In this document: positions 29,974-40,221 of the stretch, in pieces
How the letters are laid out: every line of letters starts with the position of its first letter
Position numbering within the stretch: the first letter of the stretch is position 1
Origin: a bacterium
GTDB taxonomy: Bacteria; Zixibacteria; MSB-5A5; GN15; FEB-12
Reading direction: 5' to 3'
Length of the DNA: 64,000 bases
NCBI GenBank assembly: GCA_043811375.1
Contig: JBDRNJ010000039.1
Coordinates: 1 to 64,000, forward strand
Position numbers and translations under genes: made by a program
Notes under the pieces: model-generated
Told to the model about the DNA's origin: nothing
Database searches by the model: none
Seen by the model: the letters and a program-made list of their open reading frames with translations, nothing else

Positions 29974-30876
29974 ATGGCAACAACTAATATAGAATTCCGT
30001 GTCGGCGTTATTATCCTGATCGGACTAGTGGTCCTTTTTGGGTCACTGTACTGGCTTCAGGGTTACAAGCTGGAGAGAAACGCCCAGCTTATCAGGGTTC
30101 GCTTCGATGATGTCGGCACAATGGCGGTGGGTGACAAGGTCACCGTGTCCGGTGTTCACCGGGGGAAGGTCAACCGGTTAACCCTGACCGAGGGTGGTGT
30201 CGTTGTCGAACTACTGGTATACCACGATGTGGTGTTAAAGCGTGATGCTCAGTTCGTGATCAAGAACCTAGGCCTGATGGGTGAGCGTTTTGTGGCGGTT
30301 TCACCCGGGAAAGACAGTGTTTTTTTTGACGACACACAAGTGGTTGACGGGCTGTACGACACCGGCCTGCCGGAAGTAATGGGATTGATGGGCGAAATGA
30401 TCACCGACCTGCGCAGCCTGGTGGCGTCTTTCAAGCGCAGTATCGGTTCGGACTCCTCGCTGGCCAGGTTCAATGCCACTGTGGAAAATCTGCAGCAGGT
30501 GACTTCCTCACTGGCCGACTATCTCTCCCGCAACGAAACCAAGCTGGACAAAACCGCCGACAATTTCTTCCGGGCTTCACAGGACCTGCGGCAATTGCTA
30601 AAGCGCAATTCGCCAAAGGTGGATTCCTCGATGCAGCGGTTCGACCGGGTGACGGTCAAACTGGAGCAGTTTGTCGACCAACTCGACACGTTATCGGTAT
30701 CGGCCCGGGCTTTTGCCGATGGACTGAACAACCCTGACGGCACTATCCAGTTGCTTTTGGAAGACCGGCGTCTTTATGACGATCTGCGGCGTACGGCCGA
30801 CAATATCGATGATCTGATCAGCGACATCCGGGCCAATCCACGCAAGTATATTAACCTAACGCTGGAGCTGTTCTGA
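29974..30876 (+). CDS. MlaD/MCE family protein
   Basis: N-terminal TM, F.DV..M.VGD.V.VSGV..G.V, GLMGERFV.V.PG; helical tail ending NPRKY. Confidence 0.9.
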   Translation: MATTNIEFRVGVIILIGLVVLFGSLYWLQGYKLERNAQLIRVRFDDVGTMAVGDKVTVSGVHRGKVNRLTLTEGGVVVELLVYHDVVLKRDAQFVIKNLGLMGERFVAVSPGKDSVFFDDTQVVDGLYDTGLPEVMGLMGEMITDLRSLVASFKRSIGSDSSLARFNATVENLQQVTSSLADYLSRNETKLDKTADNFFRASQDLRQLLKRNSPKVDSSMQRFDRVTVKLEQFVDQLDTLSVSARAFADGLNNPDGTIQLLLEDRRLYDDLRRTADNIDDLISDIRANPRKYINLTLELF

Positions 30877-30879
30877 GCC

Positions 30880-33054
30880 ATGGCGAAATTCCAACTGGCT
30901 TTCGGCCTGCACAATCACCAACCGGTAGGTAATTTCCGCGCTGTCTTTGAAGATGCCCACGTGAAAGCCTACCGCCCCTTCCTGCAGTTGCTGCAGCAAT
31001 ACCCGGAGATATCAATATCGCTGCATCAATCGGGCATCCTCTGGCGCTGGCAGGAAGAAACCCACCCGGAACACTTTGAGCTGGTCGGGTCCCTGATTGA
31101 CCGGGGACAGGTGGAGTTGATGACCGGCGGCTTCTACGAACCGATTCTGACCGCCATCCCCGAACGCGACACCCTGGGGCAGATAGCCATGCTCAACGAA
31201 TATATCCAAAGCCATTTTGAGGTCGTTCCCGAGGGTCTGTGGCTGACCGAGCGTATTTGGGAACCGCATCTGCCGAAAGTGCTGGCTGCCGCCGGTGTCA
31301 AGTACCTGCCGGTCGATGACACTCACTTCATTTATGCCGGCCTGGAACCCGATCAGTTGACGGGGCCGTTTGTCACTGAGAACGAGGGTCGGAAGGTTCT
31401 GCTGTTGCCTATCCGCAAGAAACTGCGCTACCTGGTTCCGTTCGGTACTATTGAGGAAGTGATTGATGAACTCAAACAGCAGGCCGAGAAAAATCCTACC
31501 GGTTTAGCCGTTTACGCCGATGACGGAGAGAAGTTCGGGGGCTGGCCGCAAACCTATGAGCACTGCTATAAGGACCGCTGGCTGCAGAAGTTCTTCGAGG
31601 CAATAAGCTCAAACTCCGACTGGCTGGAGGTGGTCCCGCTGAGTAAAGCAGCCAACTCCGAGCCGGCCGGGCGAGCCTACCTGCCGTCGACCTCCTACGC
31701 CGAGATGCTACACTGGGCGTTGCCGCCAACCGCTTTTCTGGAGTACGAACAGTTTGAGGAAGCACTCAAGAAGGACGATTCCTGGAAGCGGTTCGGCCGC
31801 TTTGTACGCGGCGGGCACTGGCGAGGGTTTTTGACCAAGTACGAAGAGTCCAACCTCATGCATAAAAAGATGCTGGCTGTCTCGGACAAACTGGCCGAGT
31901 TTGAAAACCGGTATCCCTACCGGGTAGCTGAAGTGAATATCGCCCGCGACCGCCTGTATGCCGGCCAGTGTAACTGTCCCTACTGGCATGGAGTGTTCGG
32001 TGGCCTCTACCTGCCGCATATCCGACAGGCTGTCCACGAATGCCTCATAGATGCCGACGCTCGTCTGGACCGCCTTCTCAACCGTCCCGATATCAGCTTC
32101 GAGACGACCGATTACGACGCCGACGGCCATGATGAAATTATCTGCAGCGGCAGAGTTTTCACCGCCGTTTTCAAACCACGACGGGGAGGAACCCTGCTGC
32201 AACTGGCTCTCAATCAGCACCGCTTCGATCCCACCGACACCCTGACCCGTCGTCACGAAGGCTACCATCTTAAGCTCGACCGGGCCGTATCTTCGGAGTC
32301 AGCCGACAAGACCGCCTCCATTCACGATCTGGTCCTGACCAAAGAGGCCGGCTTAAAGGATTTCCTGGTCGATGACTGGTATTTGAAGCGTTGCTTTATT
32401 GATCACTTTTTCACCGGCGATGTCGATTTCGAGCGTTTCCGCACGGCCTGTTACGGCGAGGAAGGTGATTTCATTTTAGAGCCGTTCAGCTATCGGATTG
32501 ATCGGGACAATCATTTTCTGGTTATGACTCGTGACGGCCACCTATGGCGGCCCGACGGCCCGGTACCGGTGCAGATAGTTAAACGTTTCGAGTTCCGACC
32601 GAAAGCCGAGTTAATTCGGGTCAGCTACGAAATCCGCACTCTCCACAATCAGCACACCCCGGTGGTTTTCGCCATAGAGAACAACTTCAACTTCCAGGCC
32701 GGTCATGCTGAAGATCGTCTGATTCTGATCGACGGTAACCGCCATGAGAACTCCTTTCTTGACTCCCCCGGCCGGTACGATAGTGTTACGTCGTGGGCCC
32801 TGATGGATCAATATCGCAACCTGGCGGTGGCACTGGTGGCCGAACGACCCGGCGCCGTCTGGCACCTGCCCATCTATACGGTCTCGCTGTCGGAGGGCGG
32901 CTTCGAGAAAGTCTACCAGGGAACCACCCTGGTGAACGTTTATCACGTTGAATTGACCGGGGTTCCGCTGGTGCTGAATTTCGATCTGTACGCCGCAGAA
33001 ATTCCGGCCGTCAGCGATGTCATCTTCCGCAAAACTGCCGGTTGCCCGTCGTAA
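30880..33054 (+). CDS. GH57 alpha-amylase / 4-alpha-glucanotransferase
   Basis: HNHQP, GGFYEPIL, WLTERIWEP, DDGEKFG, CNCPYWHGVFGGLY, C-terminal SEGGFEKVYQG. Confidence 0.93.
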   Translation: MAKFQLAFGLHNHQPVGNFRAVFEDAHVKAYRPFLQLLQQYPEISISLHQSGILWRWQEETHPEHFELVGSLIDRGQVELMTGGFYEPILTAIPERDTLGQIAMLNEYIQSHFEVVPEGLWLTERIWEPHLPKVLAAAGVKYLPVDDTHFIYAGLEPDQLTGPFVTENEGRKVLLLPIRKKLRYLVPFGTIEEVIDELKQQAEKNPTGLAVYADDGEKFGGWPQTYEHCYKDRWLQKFFEAISSNSDWLEVVPLSKAANSEPAGRAYLPSTSYAEMLHWALPPTAFLEYEQFEEALKKDDSWKRFGRFVRGGHWRGFLTKYEESNLMHKKMLAVSDKLAEFENRYPYRVAEVNIARDRLYAGQCNCPYWHGVFGGLYLPHIRQAVHECLIDADARLDRLLNRPDISFETTDYDADGHDEIICSGRVFTAVFKPRRGGTLLQLALNQHRFDPTDTLTRRHEGYHLKLDRAVSSESADKTASIHDLVLTKEAGLKDFLVDDWYLKRCFIDHFFTGDVDFERFRTACYGEEGDFILEPFSYRIDRDNHFLVMTRDGHLWRPDGPVPVQIVKRFEFRPKAELIRVSYEIRTLHNQHTPVVFAIENNFNFQAGHAEDRLILIDGNRHENSFLDSPGRYDSVTSWALMDQYRNLAVALVAERPGAVWHLPIYTVSLSEGGFEKVYQGTTLVNVYHVELTGVPLVLNFDLYAAEIPAVSDVIFRKTAGCPS

Positions 33055-33077
33055 GCCGCTAACAGGGCGATTAACAC

Positions 33078-33105
33078 TTGACTTGGCTGCGGGTTTTGCT
33101 ATCAT
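33078..33105 (+). promoter_or_regulatory. Putative sigma70 promoter for the pth-rpsF operon
   Basis: TTGACT-16 nt-TATCAT with extended -10 TG. Confidence 0.55.
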
Positions 33106-33133
33106 TTGAGTTTCGGGCCTGAAAGGCAATGGC

Positions 33134-33706
33134 ATGATTTCGCTCCTGGTCGGCCTGGGCAATATCGGCGACCGTTACCGCGGTACTCGTCACAACCTCG
33201 GCTTCGAGGTTGTTGAGAAAATTTGGCGGGACCTGAAGCTTTCGCCGAAACTACCCACTGCCGATTATGTCTGGGTGATTGGGGAGCGCAATCGACGGCC
33301 CTTGGTTCTGGCTTGGCCCGGAACATATATGAACCGCTCCGGAGTTGCGGTCCATGCTCTTTTACAGGTTAATGCTTTGGAGCCGTCGCAGATGCTGGTG
33401 ATAGTCGACGACTTCAATCTGCCGCTGGGCAAAATAAGGCTTCGGCCGAGCGGCTCCGATGGCGGCCATCACGGGCTGGCATCGGTGATTGAGGCGCTTG
33501 AGACGGATCAGTTCCCACGACTGCGACTGGGGATCGGTCCTTTGCCCGAAGGAGCCGACACTGTCGATTTTGTCCTCAGTCGATTTGCCGACGAGGATTT
33601 CGAGGCAGCCGGACAGATGATCGCCGTAGCGGCCGAAGCAGCTTTGTTTACTGTTGAGCATCGCCTTCAGGAGGCGATGTCAAAATACAATATAAACCCT
33701 GCCTGA
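33134..33706 (+). CDS. pth: Peptidyl-tRNA hydrolase
   Basis: LVGLGN, TRHNLGF, TYMNRSG, GGHHGL, RLRLGIG. Confidence 0.97.
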   Translation: MISLLVGLGNIGDRYRGTRHNLGFEVVEKIWRDLKLSPKLPTADYVWVIGERNRRPLVLAWPGTYMNRSGVAVHALLQVNALEPSQMLVIVDDFNLPLGKIRLRPSGSDGGHHGLASVIEALETDQFPRLRLGIGPLPEGADTVDFVLSRFADEDFEAAGQMIAVAAEAALFTVEHRLQEAMSKYNINPA

Positions 33707-33773
33707 CAGGGGTCTTTCTCGCCCCCGTCAGGCCGTTAGAGTGTTAAACTTACGTCCGAAGGGAGACTGCTTA
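33696..33773 (+). promoter_or_regulatory. S6:S18-type ribosomal protein leader (autogenous control)
   Basis: 5' CCCT able to pair with the SD AGGG; inner hairpin CCTGAC..GGGG/CCCC..GTCAGG followed by CCG, directly upstream of rpsF. Confidence 0.6.
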
Positions 33774-34373
33774 ATGAGAGTCTACGACACTACCTTCATT
33801 ATTAATCCGCAAACCGATGATTCCTTAATCGACCAGTCGGTCCGTTCCGTTGCCGATCTGATTACCGGCAATGGCGGTCGGATCATTAACGAGGATCGTA
33901 TGGGAACCCGGCGACTGGCCTACCAGATCGAAGACCTGACCCAGGGGTATTACACTACGTTCATCTTTGAGGGTCCCAGTTCTATTCTGCCGATCCTCGA
34001 TCGTCATTTCAAGCTCGGTGAATCTTTCATGCGACACTTGACGATAGTGTACGATGGTGACCTCAGCGCTTTTACCCCGAAGGAAACCGAGGTGATAGCT
34101 CCCATCGAAAGGAAGAGCACTCCGGCGCCCGGTGCCGCTGCCATGACTCCAACCGAGCCCACTCCTCCTGCCTCCGACACAATGGCTGAGGCCGCCCCAC
34201 CCATCGCCGACACTGAGGTCGAGGCCGAGGTGGCGTCGCCCGTCGCCGATCCGGTTGAATCAACCCCGGCTGAGGAGCAGGCACCTGAAAAACCTCCCCC
34301 GTCGGCACCCGCAGAAGAGGCTCCACCCGCACAGAAAGAACCTCCCGGCTATGATGAGGAGGATGAGTTGTAG
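33774..34373 (+). CDS. rpsF: 30S ribosomal protein S6 with long P/A/E-rich C-terminal extension
   Basis: MRVYDTTFIINP, MGTRRLAYQI, GYY, MRHL. Confidence 0.93.
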   Translation: MRVYDTTFIINPQTDDSLIDQSVRSVADLITGNGGRIINEDRMGTRRLAYQIEDLTQGYYTTFIFEGPSSILPILDRHFKLGESFMRHLTIVYDGDLSAFTPKETEVIAPIERKSTPAPGAAAMTPTEPTPPASDTMAEAAPPIADTEVEAEVASPVADPVESTPAEEQAPEKPPPSAPAEEAPPAQKEPPGYDEEDEL

Positions 34374-34462
34374 TTGCCCTTGCGGTAGTTTGTCGACCCG
34401 TCTATCGGGCGGTGAGACGGCGGTGTTGATTGAACCTGACAATTATTATTGAGGAGTAAAAC

Positions 34463-34690
34463 ATGCAAGTCATGAGAAGAAGGAAGTTCTGTTACTTCTG
34501 TGAGAATAAGATTCACTTCGTGGACTACAAAGACGAACGGCTGCTGAGACGTTTCGTCAATGAGCGGGGTAAAATTATCCCGCGGCGAGTCACGGGCAAT
34601 TGTGCCCGTCATCAGCGAAAGACTACTCGGGGTATCAAACGAGCCCGGATCATGGCGATAATGGCCTTTGAGAGTGAATCCTTCCGTTGA
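34463..34690 (+). CDS. rpsR: 30S ribosomal protein S18 (Zn-binding C+ form)
   Basis: [32 protein letters not shown]. Confidence 0.97.
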   Translation: MQVMRRRKFCYFCENKIHFVDYKDERLLRRFVNERGKIIPRRVTGNCARHQRKTTRGIKRARIMAIMAFESESFR

Positions 34691-35696
34691 TTCAGCCACT
34701 GATCACGGTTTGACTGCTCACCGGTATCTGAGTTTTTTCGCCGGTGTTTACCCGGTTCTGGCGGCCATGTCCATTTACTCGGTTGTCGCTTACACCGGAG
34801 CCGAAGGGCACGCGGTCGGCGTGGTTGCTGTTCTGTCCGGCGTTCTGGCCTATTTCCTGACGATGTATATCTATTTCGGTATAGCCTGGCTGGTGTACGA
34901 GCACCGCTACCGATTGCTGACGGTGGGAGCCGCCTCGGCAGTTATCATCGCCTGTATCATGGCAGGCCCGGCCGATCTCGCTTTCCCTCTTTGCGGTTGG
35001 GCTATGATGCTGCTGGCCGGTATTGTAACGGGCAGGCTTACCCGGCGCCGTTACCGACAAGGACAGGTGTACTTAATCGGCGCTTTTGTGGTGGCTGGTT
35101 TGTTCACCCTGCAGTCGATCTCCTTGTGGGTTGAGTTCCTTAAGGCTGCACCGGAGCTGGTTGACAACCTGGCGGCTCAGTTGCAGCAGTTGCTGGGCAG
35201 CCAGGGTCATGGCCCGGAAGTAGTCCGTGAGAGTGTCGATCAGAGCCGCCGGGCATTCAATATCGTGATCCGCTTGTTTCCCGCCCTGACGGTTATGGGT
35301 GTGTTGATGCAATTCAGTGTCGGTTACCTGGTTTTCTTCTGGTGGGTTTGTCGTCGGGAACCGTCACAATCCTGTGTGCCGCCGCTGTACTGGAAAATGC
35401 CCTTTGGATTTTCGGTGGTTGTCATGGGAGCTATCCTGACCCGGCTGCTGGGGGGAGATCTGCTGCAAACCGTCGGAGACAACGTCCTGGCCATCCTGGC
35501 CACCTATTATTGTGTTGCGGGCTTGGCTCTTATCGAGTATTATCTAAGGAAGTTGCGGGTTTCAAAGCTGATGAAGATTCTGTTTTACCTGCTGCTGTTG
35601 TTGACCCAACTGATGGGTTTTCTCGTGGTTGCCCTGGTGGGGTTTATCGACAGCTTTACCGATTGGCGACGGAGTCAACTACAGAAGATGCTTTGA
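34668..35696 (+). CDS. YybS/DUF2232-like polytopic membrane protein
   Basis: Multiple TM segments, C-terminal [11 protein letters not shown]; typical position between rpsR and rplI; start uncertain. Confidence 0.75.
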   Translation: MRVNPSVDSATDHGLTAHRYLSFFAGVYPVLAAMSIYSVVAYTGAEGHAVGVVAVLSGVLAYFLTMYIYFGIAWLVYEHRYRLLTVGAASAVIIACIMAGPADLAFPLCGWAMMLLAGIVTGRLTRRRYRQGQVYLIGAFVVAGLFTLQSISLWVEFLKAAPELVDNLAAQLQQLLGSQGHGPEVVRESVDQSRRAFNIVIRLFPALTVMGVLMQFSVGYLVFFWWVCRREPSQSCVPPLYWKMPFGFSVVVMGAILTRLLGGDLLQTVGDNVLAILATYYCVAGLALIEYYLRKLRVSKLMKILFYLLLLLTQLMGFLVVALVGFIDSFTDWRRSQLQKML

Positions 35697-35738
35697 TCCC
35701 TTCAAGTGAACAAGAACGTAATCAAGAGGTCAATTGAC

Positions 35739-36185
35739 ATGAAAGTGATACTGCGCGAAAATGTCCCGGATGTCGGTCAGGCCGGTGACACGGTTGAGGT
35801 AAAGTCGGGCTACGGCCGCAATTACCTCTTCCCCCGTAACCTGGCTATCCCTGCCACCAAAGCCAACTTGCGGGCCATCGGTGAGGTGACCAAGCAGAAA
35901 GATCTGCGCGAAAGGAAACAGCGGCGGGAAGCGGAAGTCATCAAGGACAAAATCGAAAAGCTGTCCCTGTCGATGGAAGTGCTGGTTGGCGAGGAAGATA
36001 AGCTCTACGGTTCGGTAACCAATGCCGATATCGCTCAACTGCTTGCCCGGGAAGGGGTCAGTGTTGACAAACGCGCTATCGAACTGGAAACTCCCATCAA
36101 GGTTCTGGGCGTCTACACCGTGTTGGTGAAGATCGATAAGGATGTGGCGGCTGAACTGAGGTTGTGGGTGATCAAGAAATCCTGA
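35739..36185 (+). CDS. rplI: 50S ribosomal protein L9
   Basis: MKVIL, VEVKSGYGRNYL, KLYGSVT, PIKVLG. Confidence 0.97.
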   Translation: MKVILRENVPDVGQAGDTVEVKSGYGRNYLFPRNLAIPATKANLRAIGEVTKQKDLRERKQRREAEVIKDKIEKLSLSMEVLVGEEDKLYGSVTNADIAQLLAREGVSVDKRAIELETPIKVLGVYTVLVKIDKDVAAELRLWVIKKS

Positions 36186-36191
36186 GGTGTT

Positions 36192-36689
36192 ATGAAAATG
36201 CTTGAGGTGACAGTCGAGGGTCTGGCTATGGATATGACTACCAATTCCCCGGTGGTGATCCTGGCGCCGACGGAAATGAACAAAGTGTTGCCGATCTGGA
36301 TAGGTCATGCCGAGGCCTGGGGTATCGCCATGCAGCTATCCGGCATTAAATCCAAACGTCCCCTTACTTATGATTTGCTCCAGTCGGTCATTACCACTCT
36401 GGAGGCCAGAGTCGAGAAGGTGGAGATAACCGAACTGCGGGAGCAGACGTTCTATGCCCGCCTGCATCTGTCCAGTGACAGCAAGCAATACGAGGTCGAC
36501 GCTCGTCCTTCCGACTCTATCGCCCTGGCACTCAAGGCCGGAGCCGACATTTACGTCAACGAGGAACTCTTTAACCTCAAAACCGATGAAACTTCCCCGG
36601 AAGCACCGCCGTTGCCGAATGATCCGGAATCCCTCAGAGAACGACTAAAAAAAATCAACCCCGAGGACTTCGGAAAGTATTCGTTGTAA
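36192..36689 (+). CDS. Bifunctional nuclease family (DUF151)
   Basis: LPIWIG..EA, RPLTYDL, TFYA, DARPSDSIALAL. Confidence 0.92.
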   Translation: MKMLEVTVEGLAMDMTTNSPVVILAPTEMNKVLPIWIGHAEAWGIAMQLSGIKSKRPLTYDLLQSVITTLEARVEKVEITELREQTFYARLHLSSDSKQYEVDARPSDSIALALKAGADIYVNEELFNLKTDETSPEAPPLPNDPESLRERLKKINPEDFGKYSL

Positions 36690-36704
36690 GGGTCCGCATT
36701 GGGA

Positions 36705-38489
36705 ATGCGCATAATCATCGTTCTGGCGGTTGTCCTGTCAGTGGCGCTGGCGCTGCCCGCCGACAGCGGCGCCGATGCCAATGAAGAAACTTCTCTTCTG
36801 GCCAGGGGACAGCGGTTGCTGCGCGAAGGTAACTGGTTTCGAGCCGCCAAGGTATTTGAGGAAGGCGCGGGGCGTTTTCCACACTCAACCTATTTGAATC
36901 AATTCATCTTCTGCAGAGCCAAGGCGAATTACCATGCCGGCCAACTCAGTGACGCCATAGCCGGCTTTTCTTACTTCCTGTCCCGGTTTCCCTCATCGGC
37001 TGAAGCAGCCCATGCCCGTTTTTTTCTGGGAAATGCTCATTATCGGCAGGGTAATGTAGATAAAGCTGTCGACAACTACCTGCGGTCGTACCGTCTTTCA
37101 AACGACCGCCAACTGGATGATCTGGTTGCGGCCTCTCTGACGGCAGCGTTTGAGAACGCCTCTTCCGTCGATATTAACTCAGCCGACCTGGAGATGCTCC
37201 CGCCGGAGAAGCGGTGCCTGCTGACCAGATCGCTGGCGAAAGTAATAGCCGATCACGGTGATATCGACCGAGCTCAGAAGTTACTGGCCACCTGCGACAC
37301 CGGATCGGATCGCTTGCAGGTCGCCGATGATCGTGACCGACGCGACCAAAACCAGATTGAGATTGTGGTCGTGCTGCCTCTTTCGGGAGAATTGCATCCC
37401 TTCGGCCAGGACATATATGACGGCGCAGTAGTGGCCGCAGAACAACATCGGAGCCACTCGACAGTTGGTATCAGGCTGACACCGTACGACAGCGAAGGCG
37501 ATCCGATCAAGGCTGCTCGTATCATAGGCAGCCTGTCGGAGAATCAGACCGATGCCGTCATCGGACCGCTTACCAGCGAAGCAGCCGCGGTGGCATCGGC
37601 GTCGTTGAGTTGCCGCTCTCTGCCGCTTCTGGTACCGGCTGCAACTCAGGCCGGTTTGACACTCTTGTCGGAGTCATCGTTTCAACTTGCGCCGAATATC
37701 GAATTGGAGGGAGTGAAAATGGCGGAATATGCCATCGACAGCCTGCAGGCCGATTCGGCGGTAGTAATAACGTCCACCGAGTCCGAGCATTTGCAGATGG
37801 CCCGGGCATTCGCCGACAGATTCGAAAAGCTCGGCGGCAGGGTAATAGCCGTCGAATACTACCGTCCTCGTGACAATGACTTTGGGCGGCAGATTCGAGA
37901 CATCAAAACCATACTGCTGGGCCGGCAACCGGGTGACTCCACTTTTTTCCTCGATGAAAATGGTGATACCCTGGACCCGGACGGCATTGAGGCTCACGTC
38001 GATTGCCTGTACCTGCCCGGTAAGCCCGACCAGATCAGGAAACTTTTACCCCAGATTAATTTTTACAACCTCAGCGGAGATTTTCTCGGCTCGGATGGCT
38101 GGAACGATGACCTGGTGCTGAAACTTGGTGACAATGTCACCAGGGGTGCGGTTTTCCCAACTCCCTTCATAACCGGCGCCGGTTCGGAGGAATATGTTCG
38201 CTTTGCCGCCGCCTATGATACCCGATTCGGCCGCCGACCCAATCGCCTGGCCGCGCTTGGCTACGATGCCGTGATGCTGGCCGTAACGGCCGTCCGTTCG
38301 GGTGGCGGATCAGATCAGGCAACAGTAGAACACTTGCGGAATGTGCAGGGTTACGACGGGGCCTCCGGTAAGATCAGTTTTGGATACAACCGGGAGAATA
38401 TAGAGATGCCGCTGTACCGCATCAGTGCCGAAGAGGCCGTACCGACGCAATCGGTGACCAGCACCGTGGTCGAGGATGAGAACCCCTAA
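36705..38489 (+). CDS. TPR + periplasmic-binding-fold protein (LpoA/LppC-like)
   Basis: Signal peptide, TPR motifs, VVLPLSG, AVIGPL, AALGYDA, YDGASGKISF. Confidence 0.75.
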   Translation: MRIIIVLAVVLSVALALPADSGADANEETSLLARGQRLLREGNWFRAAKVFEEGAGRFPHSTYLNQFIFCRAKANYHAGQLSDAIAGFSYFLSRFPSSAEAAHARFFLGNAHYRQGNVDKAVDNYLRSYRLSNDRQLDDLVAASLTAAFENASSVDINSADLEMLPPEKRCLLTRSLAKVIADHGDIDRAQKLLATCDTGSDRLQVADDRDRRDQNQIEIVVVLPLSGELHPFGQDIYDGAVVAAEQHRSHSTVGIRLTPYDSEGDPIKAARIIGSLSENQTDAVIGPLTSEAAAVASASLSCRSLPLLVPAATQAGLTLLSESSFQLAPNIELEGVKMAEYAIDSLQADSAVVITSTESEHLQMARAFADRFEKLGGRVIAVEYYRPRDNDFGRQIRDIKTILLGRQPGDSTFFLDENGDTLDPDGIEAHVDCLYLPGKPDQIRKLLPQINFYNLSGDFLGSDGWNDDLVLKLGDNVTRGAVFPTPFITGAGSEEYVRFAAAYDTRFGRRPNRLAALGYDAVMLAVTAVRSGGGSDQATVEHLRNVQGYDGASGKISFGYNRENIEMPLYRISAEEAVPTQSVTSTVVEDENP

Positions 38490-38567
38490 ACGGCATCGGT
38501 GGCATCGCCACATTTATTTAATTCTATGGGAATACCTGGACTTGTAGGACAGTCGTCAGGTCACACT

Positions 38568-38621
38568 CCCGACTTCGTCGCTCGGCCCGACTTCGTCGCT
38601 CAGCCCGACATCGTCGGTGAC
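38568..38621. repeat. Tandem 18-bp repeat x3, each containing a CGAC-N3-GTCG hairpin
   Basis: CCCGACTTCGTCGCTCGG / CCCGACTTCGTCGCTCAG / CCCGACATCGTCGGTGAC. Confidence 0.85.
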
Positions 38622-38740
38622 AAGACCTATCGAAGCTTAATTATGGCACGGTCTGGGTATTGGCAGGTTGGCCGCCCGGTATAAATACCTTATATTCACT
38701 CAGACAATGATCGCAAACCCACAACGGAGAATCTACCGTT

Positions 38741-38947
38741 ATGACGGAAAACAAAGTGGCTCTCAAGATGGTGGTTAACGGCCAGGAGAAGGACATCACC
38801 TACGAGGAACTGGCCCTGTCGAACAACCTGGCCCAGGAAGCACTGGTCCGCCTGCTGATTGACAAGAATGTCTTTTCAACAAAAGAAATGCTGACAATGC
38901 TGGAGAAGGTCAAGAAAGAGCGGTACCGCTTCCCCGAGAAGCAGTAG
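38741..38947 (+). CDS. Small hypothetical protein
   Basis: GGAG RBS, typical codon usage, 68 aa. Confidence 0.7.
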   Translation: MTENKVALKMVVNGQEKDITYEELALSNNLAQEALVRLLIDKNVFSTKEMLTMLEKVKKERYRFPEKQ

Positions 38948-38995
38948 CATACCGCGAAACGATCGGTGCTGGAGCAATTACCAGGCAACGAAACT

Positions 38996-39493
38996 ATGGA
39001 AACATCTCACGGGAAAAACGATGGCCCGGCCTGGCGGTCAACTGAACCGTTCGGTCCCACGCTTCAATGGACCTGTCACCCGGTAAAACGCCGCCCGATG
39101 ATCTCGGTACTGGTGACACTGTTCATCTTAGTAGTGATCGCCGTCGTGTACACTGCTACCGATTCGAGAGCTTTCGGTTTGCTGGCGGCTATCGTCATGT
39201 TTGCCTCGCTGACGAAGTTTTACTTCCCCACCGGTTACCGTCTGACCGCCGATGAGATTACGATCAAAACCACCATGCAGACGCTGCACAAGCAGTGGTC
39301 GGCTTATCGCTCCTGTTACCCGGACAAGAACGGCATTCTGCTTTCGCCGTTCGTGCATCCCTCGCGTCTGGAAAATTTCCGGGGTATCTACCTGATGTTC
39401 GCCGATAATCGCGACGAGGTAATTAAGTTTGTGAAAGAACAGATCGGCAGGAAAACAGCCGACGACAGAGAACCGAAAGGTAAAGCCAGATGA
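38996..39493 (+). CDS. Hypothetical membrane protein (2 TM + bPH-like domain)
   Basis: WTCHP, two TM segments, FPTGYRL, LSPF...SRLENFRG. Confidence 0.7.
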   Translation: METSHGKNDGPAWRSTEPFGPTLQWTCHPVKRRPMISVLVTLFILVVIAVVYTATDSRAFGLLAAIVMFASLTKFYFPTGYRLTADEITIKTTMQTLHKQWSAYRSCYPDKNGILLSPFVHPSRLENFRGIYLMFADNRDEVIKFVKEQIGRKTADDREPKGKAR

Positions 39494-39966
39494 GCTTTTT
39501 TCGCGGATTCTTCAAAGGCAGTGTCGAGCTTCCCGAGCCGGAAAAACCGTCCCTGCCGGCCGATGAACAGGCGTTAATTGAGAAAGTCGCTCGCAAAGTT
39601 GTCGAGCGTCGCATGGCAGTGCCGGCGATTGTCTTTTTGGAATCGATCAAGCCGCTCAATTTCATCAGCGCCCAGGCGATGGTCTTTTTTGAACCGATCG
39701 TGCAGACGCTGTTTAACCTCAAAGACTACGACACTTTCCGCCAGGCACTGGAGAAACGAGAGTCAATTGAGATACTGCTGTTGAAGATCGAAGAATATGA
39801 CGCCGTCTTTTCTCAGCGTGAAAAGCGCGTCAAGAAGTTCCTCAAGAAAGAAAAGAAGAGTTGGAAATGGTACCAGCGCTGGCTGGGCATCTTTCCTCCG
39901 AAATTACAGATCCCCGACGACGTGCTGAATCCACCGGAAGAAAAAGAACAACAACAGGGTGATTAG
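39490..39966 (+). CDS. Hypothetical protein
   Basis: ATGA overlap with the upstream gene; PAIVFLESIKPLNFISAQ. Confidence 0.7.
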   Translation: MSFFRGFFKGSVELPEPEKPSLPADEQALIEKVARKVVERRMAVPAIVFLESIKPLNFISAQAMVFFEPIVQTLFNLKDYDTFRQALEKRESIEILLLKIEEYDAVFSQREKRVKKFLKKEKKSWKWYQRWLGIFPPKLQIPDDVLNPPEEKEQQQGD

Positions 39967-40003
39967 CGGTTGTGAAAATCCTGATATAATCCAATAAACC
40001 GTC

Positions 40004-40031
40004 TTGACAACGAGCCGCTTTACCCTATATT
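40004..40031 (+). promoter_or_regulatory. Putative sigma70 promoter for the surface-protein gene
   Basis: TTGACA-16 nt-TATATT. Confidence 0.5.
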
Positions 40032-40221
40032 TCAAGTACTTGTAGAAAATGAGCAAGCTCTTGTGCGATTAGCCAAGGGCAGTTATTTCGATATTTCTTA
40101 TCTAATAAACTGGTTGTGAACACAATAATCAGGTTAACGGATTTCTTTGGCCTAATGACACTGGTGTGGCAGTGCACTACAGCAAACTCAAATCATTAAT
40201 AGATAAAGACAGGAGCTACAA

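Noticed and set aside
38568..38621. CRISPR array
   Set aside because: Units are directly tandem 18-mers with no spacers, and there are no cas genes in the window
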